A stretch of 64,000 nucleotides of DNA from assembly GCA_963664325.2 (NCBI GenBank), contig CAXXDQ010000004.1:128001-192000 (forward strand), given 5' to 3'. Numbering within the stretch: position 1 is the first letter of the stretch; each line of letters starts with the position of its first letter. Source of the DNA: Desulfomonilia bacterium (GTDB taxonomy: Bacteria; Desulfobacterota; Desulfomonilia; UBA1062). The position numbers and the translations under genes were made by a program. The notes beneath the pieces are model-generated. The model had not been told where the DNA came from. It worked only from the letters and a program-made list of their open reading frames with translations, and searched no databases. Below, piece after piece: positions 8,517-19,601 of the stretch.

Positions 8517-9616
8517 TTTTTCCGCCCTTGGCCATCATGGCCAGATAAGCATCAATAAACGGATTTATATCACCGTCCATGACGGCCTGGACATTTCCGA
8601 TTTCCAGGTTTGTCCTGTGATCCTTAACCATCTGATAAGGCTGCATTACATATGAGCGAATCTGGCTGCCCCAGGCGATCTCCTTTTTTTCCTTGTGGAA
8701 TTCGTCCAGGCGTTCCTTCTGTTTCAAAACCTCGAGCTCATAAAGTTTTGACGCCAGGAGCTTCATGCAGAAGGCCTTGTTTTTATGCTGGCTTCGTTCA
8801 TTCTGGCAGGATACTACGATCCCCGTGGGCAGGTGCGTTATGCGAACGGCCGAATCGGTCTTGTTGACATGCTGGCCTCCGTGTCCCGAGGACCGGTATG
8901 TATCGATCCTGAGTTCCTTTTCATCAATCTGCACGTCAATGCTCAGGTCGACTTCCGGCGTAGCCATAACCGATGCGAATGAAGTGTGTCTTCGTGCGTT
9001 GGCGTCAAACGGAGAGATTCGGACAAGGCGGTGAACGCCGGTTTCGCATTTAAGATAACCGAAAGCCCATTCACCCGAAACTTCAACAGTAACGCTTTTT
9101 ATACCTGCTTCCTCATCCGAATATATGTCAATTATGTTCGTCTTGAACCCGTTCGATTCCGCCCATCTCAAGTACATGCGAAGAAGCATCTCCGCCCAGT
9201 CCTGGGCCTCGGTGCCTCCGGCCCCAGCATGTATTTCCAGAAAAGCGCTCCTGGAATCGTCAGGGCCAGAGAGTATATGCACAAGTTCGATTGAATGAGC
9301 TTTTTCCTCAAGATCGCTTAATGCAGCATCAATTTCACTCGCCATAGACTCGTCTTCATCCGCAAACTCTATCATGACCTGCAGGTCGTCCCACAGTTTT
9401 GAAAATGCATCCCACTGTTTTATTATGCTAGAAAACCTGGAACGCTCGGACTGAAGCTCGGTAAACCTGGGCCTGTCTTTCCATATTTCCGGATTGGACA
9501 AAAGTGAATCTATTTCTTCAATGCGGACCAGTTTTTTAGAGACTTCAAAGATAGCCCCGGATTGTTTCTATCTTCTCTGAAAGGCCATCAATGCGCATTT
9601 GGTAGTCGTTGATCAT
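8509..9616 (-). CDS. prfB: Peptide chain release factor 2 with programmed +1 frameshift
   Basis: SPF and GGQ motifs; upstream frame MINDYQ…RGYL ends at CTT-TGA (9550-9545), and the +1 frame continues EVSKKLVRIEE into the ORF. Confidence 0.95.
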
Positions 9617-9825
9617 GAGTGAAACTTCTACGCGCGTTGTTAATGCTTGTCAACGGGTAATGAAAATCATGAATCCTTTTATTTACGCCTTTTTCCCCCT
9701 TGACTTTGGCTCATAATTCTTCTAGTCAGGTCTTATTACCGGACAGACTCAAGTTTTTTAAGCTTGTCGATTGTCATTCAAGTAACTGACAAAAATCACG
9801 TCCAATTTATCCGAAAGGACAGCTT

Positions 9826-11073
9826 ATGCATTTAGAAGAACTGAAAATGAAAGGGCCAAAAGAGCTTTTGGAATCGGCGAATGCTCTTGAAATTGAAGGC
9901 TCGGCAACGATGTCAAGGCAGGAACTTATATTCGCCATCCTCCAGGCGACTGCCGAAAAAGAAGGCTACATATCAGGAGAAGGAATTCTTGAAATACTGC
10001 CCGACGGTTTCGGTTTCCTTCGTTCAGCGGACTGGAGCTATCTCCCGGGCCCGGATGATATATATGTCTCCCCTTCACAGATACGCCGCTTCAACATGAA
10101 GGTCGGCGACAAGGTTAGGGGTCAGATCAGGCCTCCAAAAGACGGCGAGAGATATTTTGCGCTTCTCAAACTCGAAAATATTAACGAATCTCCCATTGAA
10201 GAGGCCAAGCACAGGGTGCCCTTTGACGGGCTTACCCCTCTTTACCCGGAAGAGCGTTTTACCCTCGAAACGAAACACGATAACCTTACCGGAAGGACCC
10301 TCGACCTCCTTGCGCCCATCGGCAAAGGACAGCGCGGCCTTATCGTTTCTCCCCCCAAAGCCGGAAAGACCATGATGCTTCAGGCCATAGCCAACAGTAT
10401 CACCGCGAATCATCCGGAAGTTATTCTTATGGTCCTTCTTATTGATGAAAGGCCCGAAGAAGTTACGGATATGCAGCGCTCTGTAAAGGGTGAGGTCATT
10501 GCCTCGACGTTTGACGAACCCGCTTCCCGCCATGTCCAGGTTGCACGCATGGTTATTGAAAAAGCCAAAAGATTTGTCGAATACAAGAAGGACGTGGTAA
10601 TCCTGCTTGACTCGCTGACCAGGCTTGCCCGGGCGCACAACACGGTTTGCCCTCCCTCCGGAAAACTCCTCTCGGGCGGGATTGATGCCAATGCCCTGCA
10701 GAAACCCAAGCGCTTTTTCGGAACCGCAAGGAATATCGAGGAGGGCGGGAGCATAACAATCATTGCGACAGCGCTTATCGATACTGGTTCGAGAATGGAT
10801 GAGGTTATTTATGAGGAATTCAAGGGCACAGGCAACTGTGAAATTCACCTTGACCGGACTATAATGGAAAGAAGGATTTTCCCGGCTTTCGATATCTCAA
10901 AATCCGGCACGAGAAAAGAGGAACTGCTCATACCTCAGGAGCAGCTTGACCGCATCTGGATACTCAGAAAACTTCTGGGTCCGCTGAACCCGGTTGACAG
11001 CATTGAATTTTTGCTGGACAAACTCTCAAAGACAGATAATAATGCGCACTTCCTTGAAGTAATGAATAAGTAA
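9826..11073 (+). CDS. rho: Transcription termination factor Rho
   Basis: [30 protein letters not shown]. Confidence 0.98.
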   Translation: MHLEELKMKGPKELLESANALEIEGSATMSRQELIFAILQATAEKEGYISGEGILEILPDGFGFLRSADWSYLPGPDDIYVSPSQIRRFNMKVGDKVRGQIRPPKDGERYFALLKLENINESPIEEAKHRVPFDGLTPLYPEERFTLETKHDNLTGRTLDLLAPIGKGQRGLIVSPPKAGKTMMLQAIANSITANHPEVILMVLLIDERPEEVTDMQRSVKGEVIASTFDEPASRHVQVARMVIEKAKRFVEYKKDVVILLDSLTRLARAHNTVCPPSGKLLSGGIDANALQKPKRFFGTARNIEEGGSITIIATALIDTGSRMDEVIYEEFKGTGNCEIHLDRTIMERRIFPAFDISKSGTRKEELLIPQEQLDRIWILRKLLGPLNPVDSIEFLLDKLSKTDNNAHFLEVMNK

Positions 11074-11086
11074 GGAGAAAGCTACA

Positions 11087-11308
11087 ATGAAGAAGGATAT
11101 ACATCCCAAGTACGAAGAGGCAACAGTTACCTGTGCATGCGGTAACAACTTTAAAACCCGTTCAACTATGAGCGACATCAGGGTCGAAATCTGCAGCGCC
11201 TGTCACCCGTTCTATACGGGTCAGCAGAGAACTTCTGCAACGGCAGGCAAATCCGAACTGTTCCGCAGGAAATACGGCAATTACCTGAAAAAGGACAAAC
11301 AGCAATAA
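11087..11308 (+). CDS. rpmE: 50S ribosomal protein L31 (Zn-binding type)
   Basis: [23 protein letters not shown]. Confidence 0.97.
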   Translation: MKKDIHPKYEEATVTCACGNNFKTRSTMSDIRVEICSACHPFYTGQQRTSATAGKSELFRRKYGNYLKKDKQQ

Positions 11309-11319
11309 TCTCCTGCTTT

Positions 11320-11346
11320 CAAGGGCCCCGTTCAGCGGGGTCTTTG
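11320..11346 (+). terminator. Hairpin after rpmE
   Basis: CAAGGGCCCCG-TTCAG-CGGGGTCTTTG. Confidence 0.6.
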
Positions 11347-11368
11347 ATTAAGAAGACAATAACCGAAT

Positions 11369-12436
11369 ATGCTGGAAAGACTGAAGGAGATAGAGAGGAG
11401 ATATACCGAGCTCTCAGATCTTCTTGCCGATCCCGAGCTTATCAATGACCGTGAGAAGTATACCAGGTCGACAAAAGAACATTCAGGGCTTGAAGAGTAT
11501 GTTGTGCCGTATCGCAGGCTCAAGGTACTCCATGAAGAAATAAAGGCCCATGAATCAATGCTTCAAGACCCCGATCCGGAGATGCGTGACCTTGTCCGGG
11601 AGGAGCTTGACGACCTGAATGAAGAAAGAGCCTCACTGGAAAACTCCCTCAAAATGCTTTTCATTCCCAAAGACCCGAACGATGCCAGAAATGTAATCCT
11701 GGAGGTAAGGGCAGGTACGGGGGGTGAAGAGGCCGCACTTTTTGCGGCAGACCTTTTCAGAATGTATTCCCGTTATGCGGAATCAAAAAGATGGAACATC
11801 GAGATTCTGAACCTGAACGATACCGGCAAAGGCGGCATAAAAGAGGTAATCGCCGGTATCAGCGGTAAAAACGTTTATTCCAGGCTGAAATATGAAAGCG
11901 GCGTTCACCGTGTACAGCGCGTTCCCGAGACCGAGGCATCGGGGAGAATACATACTTCCGCGGTGACGGTCGCGGTCCTGCCCGAAGCGGAAGATGTCGA
12001 CCTTGAAATATCCCCTGCAGATTTGAGGATCGATACCTACAGGGCGAGCGGTTCGGGAGGCCAGCATGTCAACAAGACTGAAAGCGCTGTCAGGATAACC
12101 CACATCCCTACCGGCGTTGTAGTCACATGCCAGGATGAGAAGAGCCAGCACAAGAATAAAGACAAGGCAATGAAGGTGCTGCGCTCCAGGCTGCTCCAGA
12201 AGATGCAGGAAGACCAGGACCAGGAGATAGCTGCTGAAAGGCGTTTGCAGGTTGGCTCCGGCGACCGCAGCGAACGGATCAGGACGTATAATTTCCCCCA
12301 GGGACGTGTTACCGATCACCGAATAAACCTTACATTGCATAAACTCACATCCATTCTCGAAGGCGAAGTAGACGAACTTATCAATGCCCTTGCGGCAGAG
12401 GCTCAATCACAGGCTCTGAAAGGATCATCCGCCTGA
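11369..12436 (+). CDS. prfA: Peptide chain release factor 1
   Basis: VQRVPETE (PxT), GGQ, RTYNFPQ. Confidence 0.97.
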   Translation: MLERLKEIERRYTELSDLLADPELINDREKYTRSTKEHSGLEEYVVPYRRLKVLHEEIKAHESMLQDPDPEMRDLVREELDDLNEERASLENSLKMLFIPKDPNDARNVILEVRAGTGGEEAALFAADLFRMYSRYAESKRWNIEILNLNDTGKGGIKEVIAGISGKNVYSRLKYESGVHRVQRVPETEASGRIHTSAVTVAVLPEAEDVDLEISPADLRIDTYRASGSGGQHVNKTESAVRITHIPTGVVVTCQDEKSQHKNKDKAMKVLRSRLLQKMQEDQDQEIAAERRLQVGSGDRSERIRTYNFPQGRVTDHRINLTLHKLTSILEGEVDELINALAAEAQSQALKGSSA

Positions 12437-13290
12437 TGATCGACTGGACAACCAGGGCGGCCCTTGAATGGGCATCCGGCCTCTTTGACGGTAATGACTC
12501 CGCGTCCGCAGGCCTGGATGCCGAGTTGCTTTTATGCCATACCATGGGGCTCAGGCGGGTCGATCTCTACATAGACACCGAAAGGCCCCTTACACCCGAA
12601 GAACGCGATATATATATGTCATATGTCTTCAGACGCGTGAAAGGCGAACCTGTTGCCTACATTACCAGGGAAAAAGAGTTCTACGGACTGTCTTTCGAGG
12701 TCGGTCCCGGCGTATTGATCCCGAGGCCCGAAACTGAACTGCTTGTTGAAAAAACCCTTGAACTGGCTCCTCACGGGTCCACCGTCATTGAAATTGGAAC
12801 AGGGTCGGGGGCCGTAATAATCTCTGTCCTGGTTTGCAGGAAGGATCTCAAAGGAGTTGCGACAGACATCAGCAGGAATGCCCTTCTTATCGCAAAAAAA
12901 AATGCCCTCAGGCACAACGTGGACAAAAGGATCACATTTGCAGTTGCCGATGCGATCGAAGCCATCGGTGAAAATTCCCGGGTAATAGTCATGAACCCTC
13001 CATATGTGTCCGAGGAGGACTTCGGCCTGCTGTCTAGGGACATACTTAAATTCGAGCCGGGGTGCGCTTTGTTTGGCGGAGTTGACGGGATGAATGTAAT
13101 CAACAAGGTTATTAAAAGACTTGATTCATGCCTGAGTCCCGGCGGAATACTGATCATGGAGACAGGCTATGACCAGCAGGAAAAAACTAATGCCGTCTGC
13201 AGGAATAATGAAAATTTAATAATCAGGCAATGGCTTAATGACCTTGCGGGCAGACCAAGGGTGGTCATTATTGAGAAGGCCGCGACCTGA
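12436..13290 (+). CDS. prmC: Release factor glutamine methyltransferase
   Basis: LIPRPETE, EIGTGSG, NPPY; coupled to prfA. Confidence 0.93.
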   Translation: MIDWTTRAALEWASGLFDGNDSASAGLDAELLLCHTMGLRRVDLYIDTERPLTPEERDIYMSYVFRRVKGEPVAYITREKEFYGLSFEVGPGVLIPRPETELLVEKTLELAPHGSTVIEIGTGSGAVIISVLVCRKDLKGVATDISRNALLIAKKNALRHNVDKRITFAVADAIEAIGENSRVIVMNPPYVSEEDFGLLSRDILKFEPGCALFGGVDGMNVINKVIKRLDSCLSPGGILIMETGYDQQEKTNAVCRNNENLIIRQWLNDLAGRPRVVIIEKAAT

Positions 13291-13708
13291 TTTCATCAAG
13301 CCACAGTATAATTCTTCTCTTTACTTTATCCCGCACCTCTCGAAACTTTTTGATTTTTTCATCTTCACTCCCGGCAAACGCTGCCGGATCATCGAAGTCC
13401 CAGTGAATCCTCGTCCCGATCCCCGGGAAAACCGACGGACAGTTCCTGTCCGCATTGCCGCATACCGTGATAACATAGCTGAAATGCATTTTGCCCATAT
13501 ATTCGTCAAGATGCTTGGACCGGTGAGATTTTAAATCAATCCCCTCTTCTTTCATAACTTTAATGGCTAAAGGGTGTATTCCTTTGGGTTCAAGACCTGC
13601 GCTGAACACATCAAACCCGTCTCCCCCGAATTTCCTGAGAAAGCCTTCCGCCATCTGAGATCTGGCCGAATTGCCTGTACAAAGAAAAAGCACCTGAATT
13701 CGGTTCAT
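13268..13708 (-). CDS. arsC: Thioredoxin-type arsenate reductase
   Basis: CTGNSARSQMAEG, TVCGNADRNCP, HWDFDDP. Confidence 0.9.
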   Translation of the reverse strand: MNRIQVLFLCTGNSARSQMAEGFLRKFGGDGFDVFSAGLEPKGIHPLAIKVMKEEGIDLKSHRSKHLDEYMGKMHFSYVITVCGNADRNCPSVFPGIGTRIHWDFDDPAAFAGSEDEKIKKFREVRDKVKRRIILWLDEIRSRPSQ

Positions 13709-13742
13709 TTTTTCCTTCCTGATTATAGAATGTATTGACATG

Positions 13743-13764
13743 GGAATGTTAAGTTTTGATTAAG
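13743..13764 (-). promoter_or_regulatory. Two-unit Pho-box-like repeat facing arsC
   Basis: Minus strand CTTAATCAAAA-CTTAACATTCC, 11-bp period. Confidence 0.45.
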
Positions 13765-13915
13765 ACAGATACAGATTTTTCTTGCCCTTACAAATTTTTT
13801 TACATCTAAATGTTAATATACAAGACATCAAGATAGTGATAGTCCATTAAAAAAATAAGTAGCATCATGCTTGTTCATGCACGAAAGAAAGCACCTGTAT
13901 CTGGAGGCTCTACAA

Positions 13916-14935
13916 ATGACTTTTAGTATCATATTCCTGGTTGCGCTTGCGCTCCTGTTTGATTTTTTAAATGGATTCAATGATTCCGCCAACTCTATCG
14001 CAACCATTGTGTCCACCAGAGTACTTACCCCTGGCCATGCAGTAATCTGGGCTGCATTTTTCAATTTCATAGCTTTTTTATTCTTTGGACTCCATGTTGC
14101 AAACACTATAGGCAAAGGCATAATAGATATATCCATCATCAGCCCGCAGGTAATTTTTGCGACCCTTATAGGCGCCTGCATGTGGGATATAATCGCTTGG
14201 TATCTGGGGCTTCCGACAAGTTCTTCGCATGCGCTCATCGGAGGCATGGTCGGCGCGGCGCTCATCAAGAAAGGATTCAGTGCGCTGGTCCTGCCGGGTA
14301 TAATAAAGACGGTTGCATTTATTTTCATATGTCCGATTGTCGGGATGATATTCGGACTGATAATAGGAACCATTATCCACTGGCTGTTCAGGAAGACGAC
14401 TCCCCTTCAGGTCGACAGTGTCTTCAGGAAGGGTCAGCTTATTTCGGCTGCACTATACAGTCTTAACCACGGAGGGAATGATGCGCAGAAGACAATGGGC
14501 ATCATATTCGTTCTGCTAATGAACGCAGGATTGATAACCGTGCTTCCAACAAACGTCTGGGATACCAAGCCCATTGAGCTTCTAGTGATCTTCGCATGCC
14601 AGAGTTCAATCGCACTAGGCACCATATTCGGAGGATGGAGAATAGTAAAGACCATGGGACAGAAGGTCACTAAATTAAGGCCGGTAGACGGCTTCTGCGC
14701 CGAGACCGGGGCTGCCACAGCACTTCTCATATCCACGACGATGGGAGTCCCGGTAAGTACGACCCACACGATCACGGGTGCGATAATGGGAGTTGGATCC
14801 CTTAAACGCTTTAGCGCGGTAAGATGGGGGGTCGCGGGAAAGATCATGTGGGCATGGGTTCTCACCATACCATGTGCGGCAACTGTTTCTGCTCTCACTT
14901 ATATGCTAGTTGCAGCCTTTGGACTGTTTTCTTAA
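13916..14935 (+). CDS. pit: Inorganic phosphate transporter (PiT family), copy 1
   Basis: NGFNDSANS, GLPTSSSH, HGGNDAQK, PVSTTH; GGAGG before ATG 13916. Confidence 0.93.
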   Translation: MTFSIIFLVALALLFDFLNGFNDSANSIATIVSTRVLTPGHAVIWAAFFNFIAFLFFGLHVANTIGKGIIDISIISPQVIFATLIGACMWDIIAWYLGLPTSSSHALIGGMVGAALIKKGFSALVLPGIIKTVAFIFICPIVGMIFGLIIGTIIHWLFRKTTPLQVDSVFRKGQLISAALYSLNHGGNDAQKTMGIIFVLLMNAGLITVLPTNVWDTKPIELLVIFACQSSIALGTIFGGWRIVKTMGQKVTKLRPVDGFCAETGAATALLISTTMGVPVSTTHTITGAIMGVGSLKRFSAVRWGVAGKIMWAWVLTIPCAATVSALTYMLVAAFGLFS

Positions 14936-14974
14936 CCAAAAATTAACAGAATCTTAATCTTACCTTAATTGCTA
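14931..14974 (+). promoter_or_regulatory. Four-unit Pho box upstream of pit copy 2
   Basis: CTTAACCAAAA ATTAACAGAAT CTTAATCTTAC CTTAATTGCTA; TTAA at 14932/43/54/65. Confidence 0.7.
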
Positions 14975-15084
14975 AAGTCTACCTCCATTTAAAAAAATGG
15001 AGGATTAAATTTTGATTGTAACAAAAAGCATTTGTTCATTAAATCATAAGAAAAGTGACACTTTCCTGGTGCCGGTAGTATAAA

Positions 15085-16101
15085 ATGACATCCGCCATAA
15101 TCTTTCTGATAGCCCTCGCCTTGCTGTTTGATTTTCTAAACGGCTTTCATGACTCTGCAAACTCGATTGCGACAATCGTATCAACAAGGGTGCTGACCCC
15201 TCAACGGGCTGTCATTTGGGCGGCATTCTTCAATTTCATAGCATTCATATTTCTCGGCCTTCATGTGGCGGATACGATCGGCAAGATAATAAAGCCTGAG
15301 TATGTTGATGTCTACATCATCCTTGCCACACTTGTAGGGGCATGCCTCTGGGATGTCCTGACCTGGTGGCTCGGTCTCCCGACAAGCTCTTCCCATGCGC
15401 TTATCGGAGGGATGATAGGGGCGGCCGTTGTAAAAGCCGTTTCGAACACGCTTGTAATTAGCAACCTGCTCAATTTCAAAGCAATAATCAAGACAGTCAT
15501 ATTCATATTTATTTCCCCTGCCGCCGGTCTTATTCTCGGACTCCTCATCGGCACTCTTGTAATGTGGATCTTCAGGAAGGCCACCCCCAGAAAGGTTGAC
15601 CACATCTTCCGCAAGGGCCAGCTAGTATCCGCAGCGCTCTACAGTCTGGGGCACGGCGGCAACGATGCGCAGAAAACCATGGGGATCATTTTTGTTCTCC
15701 TTATGAATGCCGGAGTCATAAGCGTACTCCCGACAAATGTCTGGAACACCAACAGGATAGAATTCATAGTAATCATCTCGTGCCAGATCGCAATAGCCAT
15801 TGGCACCATGTTCGGCGGGTGGCGGATTGTAAAAACCATGGGCCAGAGGGTTACGAAACTGCGGCCTGTGGACGGCTTCTGCGCGGAAACCGGGGCAGCA
15901 ATATCCCTGTTTATCGCAACCATGCTGGGCGCTCCTGTGAGCACGACGCACACTATAACAGGTGCGATAATGGGCGTCGGATCGCTCAAGAGACTGAGTG
16001 CCGTCAGATGGGGCGTAGCGGGAAAAATAATCTGGGCCTGGATACTTACAATCCCGGGAGCGGCCGTAATATCTGCTATAACCTATGCCCTGGTCCGATA
16101 G
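15085..16101 (+). CDS. pit: Inorganic phosphate transporter (PiT family), copy 2
   Basis: Same PiT motifs; close paralog of copy 1. Confidence 0.93.
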   Translation: MTSAIIFLIALALLFDFLNGFHDSANSIATIVSTRVLTPQRAVIWAAFFNFIAFIFLGLHVADTIGKIIKPEYVDVYIILATLVGACLWDVLTWWLGLPTSSSHALIGGMIGAAVVKAVSNTLVISNLLNFKAIIKTVIFIFISPAAGLILGLLIGTLVMWIFRKATPRKVDHIFRKGQLVSAALYSLGHGGNDAQKTMGIIFVLLMNAGVISVLPTNVWNTNRIEFIVIISCQIAIAIGTMFGGWRIVKTMGQRVTKLRPVDGFCAETGAAISLFIATMLGAPVSTTHTITGAIMGVGSLKRLSAVRWGVAGKIIWAWILTIPGAAVISAITYALVR

Positions 16102-16117
16102 CTGCCGCGCACTCATT

Positions 16118-16161
16118 CTTCATCATATTTTAACAGCTAATTTATATTTTCTTAACCGGCC
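16118..16161 (+). promoter_or_regulatory. Four-unit Pho box upstream of pstS
   Basis: CTTCATCATAT TTTAACAGCTA ATTTATATTTT CTTAACCGGCC; 11-bp period. Confidence 0.75.
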
Positions 16162-16196
16162 CCGACTAAATATCTCATCAAAAACAGGAGGTACAC

Positions 16197-17021
16197 ATGA
16201 AACGATTCATTAAGGCCATGGCGCTGACTTTGATTTTCTCTCTATCAATATCAGCCGGCACATTATTCGCAGCAGCAAAGACAATCACAATGAAAGGCTC
16301 CACCACTGTCCTTCCCATAGCCCAGGCAACTGCCGAGGCTTTCATGGAAAAGAATCCATCCACCAACATATCCGTCCAGGGCGGCGGTTCAGGTGTGGGG
16401 GTAACATCCCTGATCGACGGAACCTGCGACATTGCCGATTCTTCCAGACAGATAAAACCCGAAGAAATCGAAAAGGCAAAATCAAAAGGTGTTGACGTAA
16501 ATGAAATCAAGATAGCAATGGACGGTATTGCGGTAATAGTAAATCCACAGAACAAAATAAAGGCCATTACGAAACAGCAGATAAAAGACATTTATACCGG
16601 AAAGGTTTCAGACTGGTCGGAACTTGGCGGAGCGCCAGGAAAAATCGTTGTCCTTTCACGCGACACCTCAAGCGGCACATATGAGGCATTTGAAGTGCTT
16701 GCCCTCAACAAGGAAAAGGTCAGAGCGGACGCCCTTATCAACGCATCCAACCAGGCCATTGCATCAACGGTAGGCACAACCCCGGGTGCAATAGGATATG
16801 TCGGACACGGCTATCTTTCAAAGAAGGTCAAGGATTTAACGGTTGACGGTGTGAAATGCACGAAGGAAACCATACTTTCAGGAAAATACGGACTTTCAAG
16901 ACCCCTGTTCATGTATACAAACGGCAAGCCATCGGGCGATATAAAGAAATTCACAGATTTCGTTCTCGGGAAGGAGGGCCAGAAGATCGTTGAAGAAGAA
17001 GGTTTTGTCGGGCTTAAGTAA
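16197..17021 (+). CDS. pstS: Phosphate ABC transporter substrate-binding protein
   Basis: Signal peptide, GSTTV, GGGSGVG, RDTSSGT, LSRPLF. Confidence 0.95.
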   Translation: MKRFIKAMALTLIFSLSISAGTLFAAAKTITMKGSTTVLPIAQATAEAFMEKNPSTNISVQGGGSGVGVTSLIDGTCDIADSSRQIKPEEIEKAKSKGVDVNEIKIAMDGIAVIVNPQNKIKAITKQQIKDIYTGKVSDWSELGGAPGKIVVLSRDTSSGTYEAFEVLALNKEKVRADALINASNQAIASTVGTTPGAIGYVGHGYLSKKVKDLTVDGVKCTKETILSGKYGLSRPLFMYTNGKPSGDIKKFTDFVLGKEGQKIVEEEGFVGLK

Positions 17022-17035
17022 TTCCGTACTGCCGC

Positions 17036-17054
17036 GCCCCGCTGAATGCGGGGC
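17036..17054 (+). terminator. Intercistronic hairpin after pstS (stabiliser/attenuator)
   Basis: GCCCCGC-TGAAT-GCGGGGC, no U tract. Confidence 0.5.
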
Positions 17055-17084
17055 CCGCAATGACAGAGATGGGAAAGAGAACAA

Positions 17085-17969
17085 ATGAACAGCATCAAAG
17101 AAAGACTGATAAAGCTCATTTTCTCCATACTTGCCCTCTCATCGCTGGTCTTTCTGATAGGCATTATTATCACCCTTTTTAAAGAATCTTATCCATTCTT
17201 CTCTCAGTTCGACTTAATCGCCTCCTTCCTCGGAATCCACTGGTACCCTACAGCGGAACCCCCGGAATTCGGCATGTTTCCGCTCATTTTTGCCTCAATT
17301 GCCGTAACTCTGGGGGCCATGATTGTATGTGTTCCGATCGGAATAGGCACGGCCCTTTACATACATGAAATAGCTGGCCCGAAACAAAGGGCCCTGTTAA
17401 AGCCGGTCATTGAAATTCTTGCAAGTATCCCGTCAATTGTTTACGGCTTCTTCGGAATGCTTATCATTGCGCCCTTTCTTCAGGAACTCCTGAATATTCC
17501 GACTGGGCTCAACGGTTTCACAGCCAGCCTGGTCCTCGGCGTCATGGCAATTCCTACGGTCAGCAGCATATCGGAAGACGCCCTGAGTTTTGTGCCCCGG
17601 AGTTTCAGGGAGGCATCGCTGGCGATCGGAGCCACGCGCTGGCAGACGCTTACCCGCGTTATCCTGCCGGCTGCAGGTTCAGGCATTTCAACGGCAGTAA
17701 TTCTAGGCATGAGCAGGGCGGTCGGTGAAACCATGACGGTCCTGATGGTGGCCGGCGGGGCGGCGGTGATTCCCGGATCAATATTTGACCCGCTGCGCCC
17801 CATGACATCGACCATAGCCGCAGAAATGGGTGAAGCTGCAATAGGAAGCCCGCATTACCATGCGCTTTTTGCGATTGGCCTAATTTTATTTTTTATTACA
17901 CTGATTTTCAACATAATCGCTGAAATAGTAAGCAGAAAATTCAGGCTTAAACTGGGACTCGGAAGATGA
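17085..17969 (+). CDS. pstC: Phosphate ABC permease
   Basis: IPSIVYG, EASLAIGATRWQ, RAVGETM. Confidence 0.95.
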   Translation: MNSIKERLIKLIFSILALSSLVFLIGIIITLFKESYPFFSQFDLIASFLGIHWYPTAEPPEFGMFPLIFASIAVTLGAMIVCVPIGIGTALYIHEIAGPKQRALLKPVIEILASIPSIVYGFFGMLIIAPFLQELLNIPTGLNGFTASLVLGVMAIPTVSSISEDALSFVPRSFREASLAIGATRWQTLTRVILPAAGSGISTAVILGMSRAVGETMTVLMVAGGAAVIPGSIFDPLRPMTSTIAAEMGEAAIGSPHYHALFAIGLILFFITLIFNIIAEIVSRKFRLKLGLGR

Positions 17970-18829
17970 AAAAAATAAGCCCAAGACAGATCACCCAGGG
18001 AGCGGGTTTCACATTAATGTTCCTATGCATAATATTCTGCCTGTTTTTCATGGGCTCAATCATATACTTTATAACCATCAGGGGGATCGGTGTTATTTCC
18101 TGGGAATTTCTTACGGATATACCAAGAAGGGCCATGACAAAAGGCGGCGTTGCCCCGGCCATCGTAGGAACCCTTTACCTGACGCTCGGGTCCATGCTGC
18201 TGGCCTTTCCGCTTGGAATTGCATGCGCGATATACCTTACCGAATATAGCCCCAAAGGGGTAACGGTAAATATTATCAGGCTTTCCATCAACAACCTTGC
18301 AGGAGTGCCGTCGGTTGTGTTCGGGCTTTTCGGGCTTGCCCTGTTTGTAAAAATATTGGGCTTCGGCGTTTCCATCCTGTCGGGAAGCCTGACGCTCGGC
18401 ATCATGGCCCTGCCCGGCATAATTTCGGCCTCCCAGGAGTCGCTCATTGCCGTACCGCAATCTTTCAGGGAGGCATCATTAGCGCTCGGGGCGACACAGT
18501 GGCAGACAATTAAAAAGGTGGTCTTGCCGAGTGCGCTTCCCGGGATATTGACAGGCGTCATCCTGAACATCGGGAGGGTAGCGGGGGAGACAGCTCCAAT
18601 ACTCTTTACCGCAGCCACATTCTTCAACAGGGATTATCCGAACTCGATATTTTCCGAGGTCATGGCCCTGCCATATCACATATATGCACTGATGACGGAA
18701 GGCACCAAACCTGACCTGCAGACCCCGATCGCATACGGGTGCGCACTTGTTCTCCTTGTTCTGGTATTGTCCATCAGTGCCGTTGCAATTGTTATCAGGC
18801 AGAAACAAAGGAGCGGCTATGGAACATGA
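17966..18829 (+). CDS. pstA: Phosphate ABC permease
   Basis: [18 protein letters not shown]. Confidence 0.95.
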   Translation: MKKISPRQITQGAGFTLMFLCIIFCLFFMGSIIYFITIRGIGVISWEFLTDIPRRAMTKGGVAPAIVGTLYLTLGSMLLAFPLGIACAIYLTEYSPKGVTVNIIRLSINNLAGVPSVVFGLFGLALFVKILGFGVSILSGSLTLGIMALPGIISASQESLIAVPQSFREASLALGATQWQTIKKVVLPSALPGILTGVILNIGRVAGETAPILFTAATFFNRDYPNSIFSEVMALPYHIYALMTEGTKPDLQTPIAYGCALVLLVLVLSISAVAIVIRQKQRSGYGT

Positions 18830-19580
18830 AGTTAAGATCAAGGCTTCTAATATCAATTTTTATTATGGAAGGACTCAGGCCCTTACAGATATCAGCATGG
18901 ACATGTACGCCAACAACGTAACAGCCCTTATAGGCCCTTCCGGCTGCGGCAAATCTACGTTCATCAGACTGTTGAACCGCATGAATGATCTAATACCGGG
19001 AACCCGTGTAGAGGGAAGCCTTACCATAGACGGCCAGGACATATATGCCCCCAAGACCGATGTCGTTGAGCTGAGGCGGCAGGTAGGCATGGTATTTCAG
19101 AAACCGAACCCTTTCCCGAAAAGCATATATGAAAATATCGCATACGGCCTGAAGGTAAACGGCATGAGGGACAGGGCCTTTATTGAGAGCAAGGTCGTCG
19201 AGTCGCTGAAAAAAGCGGCCATCTGGGAAGAAGTGAGGGACAGACTGCATACGAGCGCGCTGATGCTTTCCGGAGGGCAGCAGCAGAGGCTCTGCATCGC
19301 AAGATGCCTGGCTGTCGAGCCGGAGGTGATTCTCTTTGATGAACCGTGCGCCAGTCTTGACCCCATCTCGACAAGAAAAATTGAGGAGTTGCTCCTCGAA
19401 CTCAAAAAGGACTACACCATAGCAATAGTGACCCACAATATGCAGCAGGCGGCCAGGGTGTCGGATTACACGGCATTTCTGTACCTGGGCAGCCTGATAG
19501 AATACGGCAACACCACCCAGATGTTTACTGTGCCCAGACAGACCATGACGGAATCATACCTGGCCGGTCAGTTTGGATGA
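18819..19580 (+). CDS. pstB: Phosphate ABC ATP-binding protein
   Basis: [23 protein letters not shown]; AAGGAG before ATG 18819. Confidence 0.96.
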   Translation: MEHEVKIKASNINFYYGRTQALTDISMDMYANNVTALIGPSGCGKSTFIRLLNRMNDLIPGTRVEGSLTIDGQDIYAPKTDVVELRRQVGMVFQKPNPFPKSIYENIAYGLKVNGMRDRAFIESKVVESLKKAAIWEEVRDRLHTSALMLSGGQQQRLCIARCLAVEPEVILFDEPCASLDPISTRKIEELLLELKKDYTIAIVTHNMQQAARVSDYTAFLYLGSLIEYGNTTQMFTVPRQTMTESYLAGQFG

Positions 19581-19601
19581 TGTTACGGAAAGGAGAAAAC
19601 A

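Noticed and set aside
13727-13738. AGAATGTATTGA shared with 35487-35498 upstream of the GH5 gene
   Set aside because: A single 12-mer match in AT-rich DNA between unrelated genes; expected by chance
13839-13858. ATAGTCCATTAAAAAAATAA resembles the reverse complement of 57566-57582, a possible inversion crossover site
   Set aside because: Short, gapped and AT-rich; it also resembles the pit2 upstream hairpin, so it cannot be distinguished from chance
17036-17054. Similarity between the pstS hairpin and the reverse complement of the rpmE hairpin (CCCCGCTGAA…CGGGGC)
   Set aside because: Only two short GC-rich stems; insufficient to call a repeat family
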